Assembly (NCBI GenBank): GCA_031406505.1
Contig: JANOHN010000320.1
Span: 1 to 45,691, forward strand
Source: Acidimicrobiia bacterium
GTDB taxonomy: Bacteria > Actinomycetota > Acidimicrobiia > IMCC26256 > PALSA-555
DNA: 45,691 nt
Reading direction: 5' to 3'
The notes under the pieces are model-generated. The model made no database searches and had not been told where the DNA came from. It saw only the letters and a program-made list of their open reading frames with translations. A program made the translations under genes and the position numbers. The number at the start of each line of letters is the position of its first letter. The first letter of the stretch is position 1. Below are positions 36,266 to 43,578 of the stretch, piece by piece.

Positions 36266-36400
36266 ATGCGTGGACACGAGCGGTGCGACGAGATCCTGCG
36301 GCTGATCGACGAGACCTTGGTGGAGTACGAACGCCAACAGCCCCCTCGACCGACCGATTCAATGCCCTCCATGGGCAGCGTCGTGTTCGTCGTGCGGTGA
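36266..36400 (+). CDS. Candidate 44-aa protein (below the ORF-track cutoff)
   Basis: The sequence is MRGHERCDEILRLIDETLVEYERQQPPRPTDSMPSMGSVVFVVR. A GGGAGG SD lies 6 nt upstream, and by my count about 82 percent of codons end in G/C. Confidence 0.4.
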   Translation: MRGHERCDEILRLIDETLVEYERQQPPRPTDSMPSMGSVVFVVR

Positions 36401-36469
36401 CGTGTAGACAGCCAGGCCGAGCGCTTGGCGGCGGTGTTGAGCTGCGCTCTCGCTCATCGTGCACGCATG

Positions 36470-37408
36470 TCAGTCGGTATCGATGTGCGCCGGTGCGTCG
36501 CACGCATGGCACTCCAGCTCGAGCGTCGCGTGCTCGACGCCGAATCGTGCGGACAGCATCGTCTTGAGCGCCTCACCTTGTTGCTGGGCATCGTGCAGCG
36601 CGTACGCATCACACAACACAACGTGCGCCGACAGCGCGGTCAGACCGGCGCCCACCTCCCAGACGTGCAGGTGGTGCACTGCTTCCACATGGGGGTCTGC
36701 ACTCAACGCAGCTTCGAGATCATCCAAGTCGAGGTGACGCGGCACCCCTTCCAATACGACGTTCACCGTGTCGCGCAAGAGCCCCCATGCCGAATACACG
36801 ACGAGCATCCCGATCAGGATCGACACCACGGGGTCGAGCCAGTCGGCGTCGAACAGCAACACGCCCGCGCCAGCCGCCATGGCCCCTACCGACCCCGCCG
36901 CGTCGACTGCCATGTGCACGAACGCGCCCCGCATGTTGAGATCACGCCCCTGCGCGCGGCCCAGAATCACCGCGCTGACCACGTTGACCACAAGGCCAAC
37001 GAACGCCACGCCCAGCAAGCCACCACCCGCGACGTCGGCCGGCTCACCGATCCGCTTCGCCGCCTCGACGAAGATCCACACTGCAGCAGCCAGGATCAGC
37101 GCGCCGTTGACCAATCCACCGAGCGCTTCGGCCCGGCGCAGCCCGAATGTCCGGCGCGCCGACGCCGGACGCAGCATCAACGACTGGGCGACGAGCGCGA
37201 TCACCAACCCGGCGACGTCGGTCGACATATGTGCCGCATCCGCGAGCAACGCCAACGAATCGAACAGCAATCCGCCGACCACTTCGACGACCAAGAACCC
37301 AGCGTTCGCGATCAAGGCGATCCACAGGGCTCGCCGCGCTCGGCTCGTCCCCGCGGCGGCCGTGTGGTCGCGACCGACATGAGTCACGTCGCCCAGCTCG
37401 TGGGGCAC
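36470..37408 (-). CDS. Cation diffusion facilitator (CzcD/ZitB-like) divalent-metal efflux protein
   Basis: 312 aa with FLVVEVVGGLLFDSLALLADAAHMSTD (TM2 HxxxD site), HMAVDAAGSVG (TM5) and a C-terminal VHHLHVWE cytoplasmic domain. Confidence 0.9.
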   Translation of the reverse strand: MPHELGDVTHVGRDHTAAAGTSRARRALWIALIANAGFLVVEVVGGLLFDSLALLADAAHMSTDVAGLVIALVAQSLMLRPASARRTFGLRRAEALGGLVNGALILAAAVWIFVEAAKRIGEPADVAGGGLLGVAFVGLVVNVVSAVILGRAQGRDLNMRGAFVHMAVDAAGSVGAMAAGAGVLLFDADWLDPVVSILIGMLVVYSAWGLLRDTVNVVLEGVPRHLDLDDLEAALSADPHVEAVHHLHVWEVGAGLTALSAHVVLCDAYALHDAQQQGEALKTMLSARFGVEHATLELECHACDAPAHIDTD

Positions 37409-37430
37409 CCTTCGACCTTCGGGGGTGGCA

Positions 37431-37943
37431 TCACCTACATCTCACCGTGCCGGTCATCGTCGCGGGAGTGCCTGTCTCGAACGCGACGATTGGATACGCG
37501 TTGAACTTGATGATCTTCTTCTTCACGCTGAGCGCGACCGCCGAGTTGATCGAGTCGAGACCTTTCGAGTCGTCTTCACCATAGGAAACGCCGTCGATGT
37601 CAGCGGTGAACGCCGTGTACGAGCGCCGCTGGGTCGGGTCGGTCGCGGGCCCCGGGCCACCACTCGAGAGTTCACCCTCGATCCCAAGACTCGGATAGTC
37701 CTTCGCATCGAAGGCGATGTTGTAGCCATCGCTGGTGATCAAGCACTGACCTTTGGTTCCTTTGAGCGTCACGCTGGGCTCAACCGCGATCGTCAGGTTC
37801 ACCTGCTTGATTGACCGTTTCGCGCCAACAGCCGCCGAAGCCGTGTTCGTGCCGACCGCTCCGAGTGCCGTCGCCACCAGCAAGGCCGCGCACGCTCCAC
37901 GGGAACTCCAAGACTTCAACAAGTGTCCCTCGTCGTCCGCCAA
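37431..37943 (-). CDS. Secreted hypothetical protein (signal peptide, 2 Cys); visibly lower GC
   Basis: 170 aa from a TTG start; downstream TTG codons behind an ACGAGGGA SD are alternative starts. The signal-like segment is ACAALLVATALGAVGTNTASAAVGA. The stop lies 22 nt before the CDF start. Confidence 0.6.
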   Translation of the reverse strand: MADDEGHLLKSWSSRGACAALLVATALGAVGTNTASAAVGAKRSIKQVNLTIAVEPSVTLKGTKGQCLITSDGYNIAFDAKDYPSLGIEGELSSGGPGPATDPTQRRSYTAFTADIDGVSYGEDDSKGLDSINSAVALSVKKKIIKFNAYPIVAFETGTPATMTGTVRCR

Positions 37944-38023
37944 TGACCGTTACAGCAGGTCAGAGAATTCTACCGGTCACCAACGGCGACGCGTCGCGCG
38001 CTTTCCTGGAATCGTGAACGTGA

Positions 38024-39109
38024 TCACTCTTCGGCGATCTTGGATTCATGGCTGTGGCGATGATGGACGTCGCTCACGTGAGCGTGCGCGTGAGCGAAGG
38101 GCTCGTGTTCGTGGAGATGCGAATGGGCTTGACCGGACGGCGTATCGGCGGGATGGACGTGCTGGTGGTGCTCGTCATGGGTGTGGAGGTGCTCATGTCC
38201 CAGCCGCTCGTGGACGTGCCGGTGTGCGTGGCGTTCGGTGGCCACAAGGACGATGCCAAGCGCCATCGCCAGTCCGGCACCGACCTCCAATACGCCGAGG
38301 TGCTCGGCAAGGATCACCACGGAGAGGATCGCACCGATGAAAGGCGCCGTGGCGAAGACAATCGATTCGCGCGCCGCGCCCAACAGGCGGAGCGCATACG
38401 CGTCGAGCACGATGCTGGCACCGTACGAGACGGCGCCAAGCGTCAGAGCTAGGAGCAGAACTCCCGAGATAGGAATGGTGTCGCCCAACGCGATTGCGAT
38501 GATGAGGTTGATGCTGGCAGCTGCTCCGGTCTTGACGGCGACGAGTCGGAACGGGTCACGGACGCTGAGCGATTGCGTGAGGTTGTTGTCGATTCCCCAA
38601 CCCACACACGCGAGTGCCACCAACACCACCCCCAGAACGTCGACTCCGCCACGACCCGAACCGACAGCGAGCAGAGCCGCGCCACTGAAGACCGTCACCG
38701 CGCCGAGTGCCGCGCGTCGCGAGAGGTGCTCACGGAATAGGGCAACCCCGATCACAAGGGTCGCGACCCCCTCGAGGTTGAGGAGTAGGGAGGCGGTCGT
38801 CCCTTGAATCCGCTCGAGGCCGAGCAAGAGCAACACTGGCGCGACGACCCCACCGCTCGCGATCAGGCAAACGAGACGCCCCGCGTCCTGACGCTGCAAT
38901 CGCGTCTCTCTTGTTCCGCGGCGCCCAACGACCGCCGTCCCGACCGCAGTGAACGCACCGAGGTAGAGCAGCCCCGCCAGCGCCTGAGGGCTGATGTCGG
39001 CAAGCAGCTCCTTCGAGAACGGTGTCGCAGCCCCGAACAACACCGCCGCCCCAAGCCCAGCCGCAATTCCAAGCCGTGCACTCGATCGACCCGATCGGTT
39101 CATGAGCAC
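38024..39109 (-). CDS. DMT-superfamily (EamA) transporter with His-rich C-terminal tail
   Basis: 361 aa. About 10 TM helices form two EamA halves (AAVLFGAATPFSK..., GAVSYGASIVLDAYALRLLGA). A 70-residue tail follows. An AAGGA SD lies 7 nt upstream. Confidence 0.85.
   Translation of the reverse strand: MLMNRSGRSSARLGIAAGLGAAVLFGAATPFSKELLADISPQALAGLLYLGAFTAVGTAVVGRRGTRETRLQRQDAGRLVCLIASGGVVAPVLLLLGLERIQGTTASLLLNLEGVATLVIGVALFREHLSRRAALGAVTVFSGAALLAVGSGRGGVDVLGVVLVALACVGWGIDNNLTQSLSVRDPFRLVAVKTGAAASINLIIAIALGDTIPISGVLLLALTLGAVSYGASIVLDAYALRLLGAARESIVFATAPFIGAILSVVILAEHLGVLEVGAGLAMALGIVLVATERHAHRHVHERLGHEHLHTHDEHHQHVHPADTPSGQAHSHLHEHEPFAHAHAHVSDVHHRHSHESKIAEE
38027..38236 (-). other. His-rich tail of the EamA transporter (23 His in 70 residues)
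   Basis: The sequence is ERHAHRHVHERLGHEHLHTHDEHHQHVHPADTPSGQAHSHLHEHEPFAHAHAHVSDVHHRHSHESKIAEE. It is in frame with the transporter and uninterrupted. Confidence 0.85.
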
Positions 39110-39220
39110 GTCCTTACGCGACCCGCACTCGGGCAGTCACCACAACCGCGAGGGTACCGACACGGAGCACCGTCGGGATCGCACCCGTGGACTAACGCGA
39201 GACCCCGCGCCGGTCTTGGG

Positions 39221-40501
39221 TCAGCGAGTCCAGAAGTCGGATTCTTCTCGTTCAGCGGCTTCCGGAGGCACGGGGTTGGCTTCGGCATCGCGAACGCGGC
39301 GGGCGCGCCGATGCAACCGAGCTCCTCGCACCCGCCCGGTGGGTTGAGACACGAACTCCGCTGCTAGCCACGTGGTGAGTGGTACGGCAGCGACCAGGCC
39401 GATGCTGCCCACGAGCGTGCGGATGATCTCGGTGCCCACGATCTCACTGTTGGCGACCGTGCCCAACGATTGTTGCGCGAGGACGAACAGGAGGAGGAGC
39501 GGTAACGCGGCTCCGGCGTAGGCCAGCGCGAGCGTGTTGACCGTCGACGCAACATGATCGCGGCCGATGCGCAACCCGGCCCGGTAGAGCTCCCAGCGTG
39601 ACATCGAGGGGTTTGCGAGGCGCAGCTCCCAGACTGCGGATGCTTGCGTGACCGTGACATCGTCAAGCGCGCCGAGCGCGCCGAGGACCATGCCGGCGAG
39701 CACGATGCCGCCGAGATCGAGGTTCTGTGTGCCGACAAGGACGAGGATCGCCTCTTCGCTCGTGAATCCAGTCAGTTCGGCGAGCTCCGTGAACAGTGTG
39801 GCCAGGCCGACGGTGAGCGCGAGCGCGGCGAGCGTGCCGAGGAGCGCGACGGTGGTCATCAAGCGCAACCCGTGTGCGAGGTACAGCGCCAGATACGCGA
39901 TGGCGGCCGAACCCACCACCGCTACGAGGACAGGGCTTCTCCCCTCGACCAGCGCTGGGAGCACGTAAACCAGGAGGACCACGAGGCTCGCACCGAGTCC
40001 GATCAGCGCGCTTGCGCCGCGCCATCGTCCGAGCGCGACGACAACCACAACGAAGAGGATCGTGAGCCAGAGCAACAATGGGCGCCGTTGCCGGTCGCTG
40101 TACTGATATTGAAACCCCGAGTCGGCCCTGGGGTCGTAGGAAAGCACGACCCCGTCACCCGCTTCGAGATCAGGAGACGTCGGTGAATCCGGCAGCTCGA
40201 TTCGCACGATCGCGCCTTGATCGGGGCCGGCGCTCAGGCGGAACCGGATTCGCGCGCATGGGACGTCGTCGGCGGCGGTCGTACCTTCACATGGGCGATC
40301 GATGCTCGACATGACGTCGGCTCCGTACACCTCGGTGATGAGTCCGAGCGCTTCATCGCTGCGCCGCACGTCTCCCTGCGGCCATGACACGACGAGGCCT
40401 ACCCCGGTAGCAAACGCGAGCAGCAGGATGACAGCGACGAGCACACGCCGACGCGACGGCGAGGCGCGGAGATCCTCGCCTGAGCCATGGTCGTGCGACA
40501 T
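39221..40501 (-). CDS. YibE/F-family membrane protein
   Basis: The track ORF 39221..40870 was trimmed to the ATG at 40501 (MSHDHGSGEDL). It has one N-terminal TM, an extracytoplasmic domain, and then a polytopic YibE/F-like core (LWLTILFVVVVVALGRWRG..., LVLVGTQNLDLGGIVLAGMVLGALGALDDVTVTQAS). Confidence 0.78.
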   Translation of the reverse strand: MSHDHGSGEDLRASPSRRRVLVAVILLLAFATGVGLVVSWPQGDVRRSDEALGLITEVYGADVMSSIDRPCEGTTAADDVPCARIRFRLSAGPDQGAIVRIELPDSPTSPDLEAGDGVVLSYDPRADSGFQYQYSDRQRRPLLLWLTILFVVVVVALGRWRGASALIGLGASLVVLLVYVLPALVEGRSPVLVAVVGSAAIAYLALYLAHGLRLMTTVALLGTLAALALTVGLATLFTELAELTGFTSEEAILVLVGTQNLDLGGIVLAGMVLGALGALDDVTVTQASAVWELRLANPSMSRWELYRAGLRIGRDHVASTVNTLALAYAGAALPLLLLFVLAQQSLGTVANSEIVGTEIIRTLVGSIGLVAAVPLTTWLAAEFVSQPTGRVRGARLHRRARRVRDAEANPVPPEAAEREESDFWTR

Positions 40502-40546
40502 CCACTGGAGTGTGGTCCCGAGGACACGTCCGACCGCGGCAATCCA

Positions 40547-40564
40547 TTGGCAGTGCGTTGGCAG
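40547..40564 (+). repeat. Direct repeat TTGGCAG-TGCG-TTGGCAG (11-nt phasing) in the divergent control region
   Basis: Read directly from the sequence. A third TGGCAGC copy lies at 40631-40637. The repeat is 46-63 nt upstream of the YibE/F ATG. Confidence 0.3.
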
Positions 40565-40751
40565 ATGACGACTCGGATCAACTACCAGTCGTAGTGGGTT
40601 AGGGTGTTCTTGCTCCGCTGCTCTGGTCCCTGGCAGCACCTCCAACTCCTGGAAGGCGCGCATGGGACATGACCGGGGCCGCGCGACCACTTCGTTCGAC
40701 GCTGATCGCCAGGTGCGCGTCTCAGCAGGCTGCGCTCGCCCCTCGTCGAAC

Positions 40752-40765
40752 GACGTGATCACGTC
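40752..40765. promoter_or_regulatory. Perfect 14-bp palindrome GACGTGATCACGTC (candidate operator)
   Basis: The sequence is self-complementary by inspection. It lies 117 nt upstream of the SHOCT ATG, inside the 380-bp gene-free spacer. Confidence 0.25.
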
Positions 40766-40881
40766 ATCGCGGGTGATGGCAGCGACGTGCTCCAACCCCT
40801 TTCGAACCGCGGATCGCTCGTGGTTGGCATGGGGTAGGTCGTCGGCTCGAGTGAGCAGACAGCGATGCAAGGGAGATCGAC

Positions 40882-41106
40882 ATGTGGGACTGGACCGGGA
40901 ACATGGGGGGCTGGTGGTGGCTCATGGCCCCGTTGATGGTGGCGTTCTGGGTATTGGTGATCTGGGGCGCCGTCGCATTCGCGCGCCGCGACCGGACCAC
41001 CGAAAGCGGCTCGCCGGATGCCGAGACGCTTCTCGCCGAGCGGCTCGGACGCGGCGAGATCGACGAGGCGGAATACCGCCGGCAGCGCGCGCTCATTCGG
41101 TCATGA
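40882..41106 (+). CDS. SHOCT-domain small membrane protein
   Basis: 74 aa with a Trp-rich TM (GGWWWLMAPLMVAFWVLVIWGAVAF) followed by LLAERLGRGEIDEAEYRRQRALI, the SHOCT signature. An AAGGGAG SD is present. Confidence 0.8.
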   Translation: MWDWTGNMGGWWWLMAPLMVAFWVLVIWGAVAFARRDRTTESGSPDAETLLAERLGRGEIDEAEYRRQRALIRS

Positions 41107-41747
41107 ACGATGTGGCAGCTCCTACGAAGGTCCGGGTCGTTGAAGTATTCGCCGACGTGTCGTGCCCCTTCACCCACGTCGGCCTTCAGCGTTTGGTCAC
41201 ACAGCGCAACCGGCTCGGCCGCGACGACGTCGTCCTGTGGGTCCGGGCCTGGCCGCTTGAGCTCGTCAACGGCGCACCTCTCGCCGGTGACTTCGTCGCC
41301 GAAGAGATCGGCGTCCTTCGGGACGGTGTGGCGCCGGACCTCTTCAAGGAATTCGATGCGGCGCACTTCCCGGACACAACGGTCCCAGCCCTCGCGTTGA
41401 CAGCCTTGGCCTATCGGCGAGGGGACCTCACCGGCGAAGCGGTCAGCCTCGCTCTGCGCATCGCCCTCTTTGAGGAAGGGCGCGACATTGCGGATTCTGT
41501 CGAGCTCGCCGCAATCGCCCACTCGTATGGCTTGGACCCAGTCAGCACCGATGCCGAACGTTCAGTCCACAACGATTGGCACGAGGGTGAACGGCGCGGC
41601 GTAGTCGGCTCTCCGTACTTCTTCGTCGACGACCATGGGTTCTTCTGCCCGACCTTGAACGTCACGCACGTCGAAGGCGAACTCCATGTCGACGCTGACC
41701 TCCACGCCTTCAACGAGTTCGTCGCCACCGTCTTTGGCCGCGGCTGA
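41103..41747 (+). CDS. DsbA-family thioredoxin-fold protein with monothiol CPFT site
   Basis: The track ORF 40662..41747 was trimmed to the ATG at 41103, which overlaps the SHOCT stop (ATGA). The sequence VRVVEVFADVSCPFTHVG occupies the position of the usual CPxC, and GVVGSPYFFV lies near the C-terminus. Confidence 0.78.
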   Translation: MNDVAAPTKVRVVEVFADVSCPFTHVGLQRLVTQRNRLGRDDVVLWVRAWPLELVNGAPLAGDFVAEEIGVLRDGVAPDLFKEFDAAHFPDTTVPALALTALAYRRGDLTGEAVSLALRIALFEEGRDIADSVELAAIAHSYGLDPVSTDAERSVHNDWHEGERRGVVGSPYFFVDDHGFFCPTLNVTHVEGELHVDADLHAFNEFVATVFGRG

Positions 41748-41820
41748 GCCCAACGTTCGACCATCTGGAAAGTCGAACCGTCTGGTTCGGGTTCAAAGTG
41801 CCAACAAGAAGAGGAGACCG

Positions 41821-42204
41821 ATGAAACGGGGATGGGGAGCAGCGGTGTGTGTGATCGTCCTGGCCGGAGCAGGGTTCGGCCTGGCAACTGCAGTCGGCAA
41901 CGACGACGGCCACGGGTCGAATGACGATCACGGGCTGCGCGACGACCGCATGGCGGTGTTGATGGCCGACGGATCGATGCCGACTCAGATGCGCGGGTTC
42001 ACCGAGATGATGAACGAGCTACGCGATCAGATGACGCCGGAGATGCGAACGCTCATGGATGACGATGCGATGTGGCAGCTCATGGAGAGCGGCGACCTCG
42101 AAGAGATGATGGATGAGCACGGGCAGCGCATGAGCGACATGCCCGGCATGGGCGGAGGCGGCGGCCACGGCGGCGCCGATCACGGGAGCGGTCCGAATGG
42201 CTGA
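41821..42204 (+). CDS. Secreted or anchored Met/His/Asp-rich protein (17 Met in 127 aa)
   Basis: The track ORF 41686..42204 was trimmed to the ATG at 41821, which has a GAGGAG SD. The signal/TM segment is MKRGWGAAVCVIVLAGAGFGLATAVG. It is followed by repeated M-x(2-4)-M clusters and a GMGGGGGHGGADHGSG tail. Confidence 0.65.
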   Translation: MKRGWGAAVCVIVLAGAGFGLATAVGNDDGHGSNDDHGLRDDRMAVLMADGSMPTQMRGFTEMMNELRDQMTPEMRTLMDDDAMWQLMESGDLEEMMDEHGQRMSDMPGMGGGGGHGGADHGSGPNG

Positions 42205-42249
42205 CCCGGCTACTGCCGATCAGAGCAATCTCGACCGAGGAGTATGACC

Positions 42250-42453
42250 ATGTCTTTGCGACAAGCACTCACGTACCACCTACTCGTCCCCGGCGCGATC
42301 TTCGCGGTCCTGCTTGTCGTTGGAGTACCGCTCGGCACTGCGTTCTTCGTCGGCATGATGGCCGGCTGCATGAGCATGATGGTCATGATGATGGGCGGCG
42401 GCCAAGGGAACCGCAGCGACCGCGACAACGAGCCAACGTCGGGGACACGGTGA
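42250..42453 (+). CDS. Tiny membrane protein with a Met/Cys cluster (DUF2933-like)
   Basis: The track ORF starts at 42244, but the GAGGAG SD is correctly spaced (7 nt) for the ATG at 42250. It has one or two TM segments followed by GMMAGCMSMMVMMMGGG. Confidence 0.55.
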   Translation: MSLRQALTYHLLVPGAIFAVLLVVGVPLGTAFFVGMMAGCMSMMVMMMGGGQGNRSDRDNEPTSGTR

Positions 42454-42473
42454 CGAACCGATCGTCGACCTGA

Positions 42474-43577
42474 GTGGTGCATCGGCGCGTCCCACTCGCA
42501 CGGCGGAACCTGCTCGCTGATCATCGTCGCCTGACTGCTGGCATCGCCGGCGTTGGGATAGCCCTGATGCTCGTGCTTGTTCTCGACGGGCTCTGGGAAG
42601 GCGTGCGCACGCGCGCGAGCATCTATCCCGACGAAGTCGGTGCCGACCTGTTCGTCGCCCAACGCGGCGTGGCCAACTTTCTCGGCGAGACGAGCTCGCT
42701 CTCGCGCAGCGTCGTCAGTGAAGTGCGCGCGACACCTGGGGTGCGCTTTGCCGACCCGGTCCGGGGCCAGTTCGTCGTGTTCGAGTTGCACGGCAAGAAG
42801 ATCGCGTCGTACGTCGTTGGCTACGTCCCGGGTCGTCACGGCGGACCGTGGACGCTCGACGCGGGCCGCCGACCGCGCGCGGATGACGAGGTCGTCATCG
42901 ACCGGGCGTTGGCACGCCGACACGGCCTCGAGCCCGGCGAAGTCGTGGAGATCGTCGGGACTCGGTTTCGGGTCGTGGGGCTGGCCGATGCCTCCGCGGT
43001 CATGACCGGCTTCGTCTTCGTCACCCACTCCGCCGCTGACACGCTCTTCCGCACACCGGGCACCACGAGCTACGTGCTCGTCGGAGCCTCGAACGCGCCG
43101 GCCGTCCAGGACCGGCTCGAGAACCACGGGTTGACGGTCTTCTCCCGGGATCAGCTCGCGGCGAATGACCGCAAGCTCTATACCGGGATCTTCGGTTCGG
43201 CGTTGAAGCTCATGGTTGGTGTGGCATTCATCGCGGGGTCCTTGGTGGTGGCATTGACGGTGTATGCGTCCGTGGCCGACCGCCGACGCGAGTTCGGGAT
43301 CGTCAAGGCGATGGGCGCAACCGGGCGAACCATTGCCGCCATCGTGGTCCGCCAGGCGCTGGCCCTCACCGCGTTGGGCCTCATAGTCGGCATGGCCCTC
43401 TACCTCGCGGTCCGCGCGTTGCTCGCGCAGATCCGCCCCGAATTCACCGTGGTACTGACGAACGCTGGGTTGTTGCGCGCGATCGGTGCGGCGATCGTCA
43501 TGGCCCTCGTGGCGGCCGTTGTACCGGCTCGGCGAGTCGCGGCGGCGGAGCCCGCAGCCGTCTACCGGGAGGTGTGA
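42474..43577 (+). CDS. FtsX/MacB-type ABC transporter permease 1
   Basis: 367 aa with an N-terminal PLARRNLLADHRR and TM1, an extracytoplasmic domain of about 200 aa, and a C-terminal three-TM FtsX module (REFGIVKAMGATGRTI). Confidence 0.88.
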   Translation: MVHRRVPLARRNLLADHRRLTAGIAGVGIALMLVLVLDGLWEGVRTRASIYPDEVGADLFVAQRGVANFLGETSSLSRSVVSEVRATPGVRFADPVRGQFVVFELHGKKIASYVVGYVPGRHGGPWTLDAGRRPRADDEVVIDRALARRHGLEPGEVVEIVGTRFRVVGLADASAVMTGFVFVTHSAADTLFRTPGTTSYVLVGASNAPAVQDRLENHGLTVFSRDQLAANDRKLYTGIFGSALKLMVGVAFIAGSLVVALTVYASVADRRREFGIVKAMGATGRTIAAIVVRQALALTALGLIVGMALYLAVRALLAQIRPEFTVVLTNAGLLRAIGAAIVMALVAAVVPARRVAAAEPAAVYREV

Positions 43578-43578
43578 G

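Noticed and set aside
36425-37504. 359-aa plus-strand ORF over the CDF locus
   Set aside because: It is antisense to the CDF transporter. It is His/Arg/Gln/Asp-rich and hydrophilic with no recognisable domain.
37986-37997. Perfect 12-bp palindrome GCGACGCGTCGC as an operator
   Set aside because: CG-only palindromes of this length are expected by chance in DNA this GC-rich. It forms no useful hairpin (4-bp stem). It is mentioned only in context, not called as a feature.
40548-40563. TGGCAG-N5-TGGCA resembles a sigma-54 -24/-12 promoter (TGGCAC-N5-TTGCA)
   Set aside because: It has two mismatches, including one in the -12 element. It lies about 320 nt from the nearest downstream start codon. 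The lineage implied by mshD and F420 genes (Actinobacteria) generally lacks RpoN. It is kept only as a direct repeat.
40502-40870. Possibility that YibE/F really starts at 40870 (open frame through the whole spacer), or that the spacer hides a decayed gene
   Set aside because: Codon third-position bias collapses between about 40510 and 40600, and the stretch has no hydrophobic or domain-like character. The family's usual size fits the 40501 start. This is not fully excluded, and it is flagged in the spacer finding.
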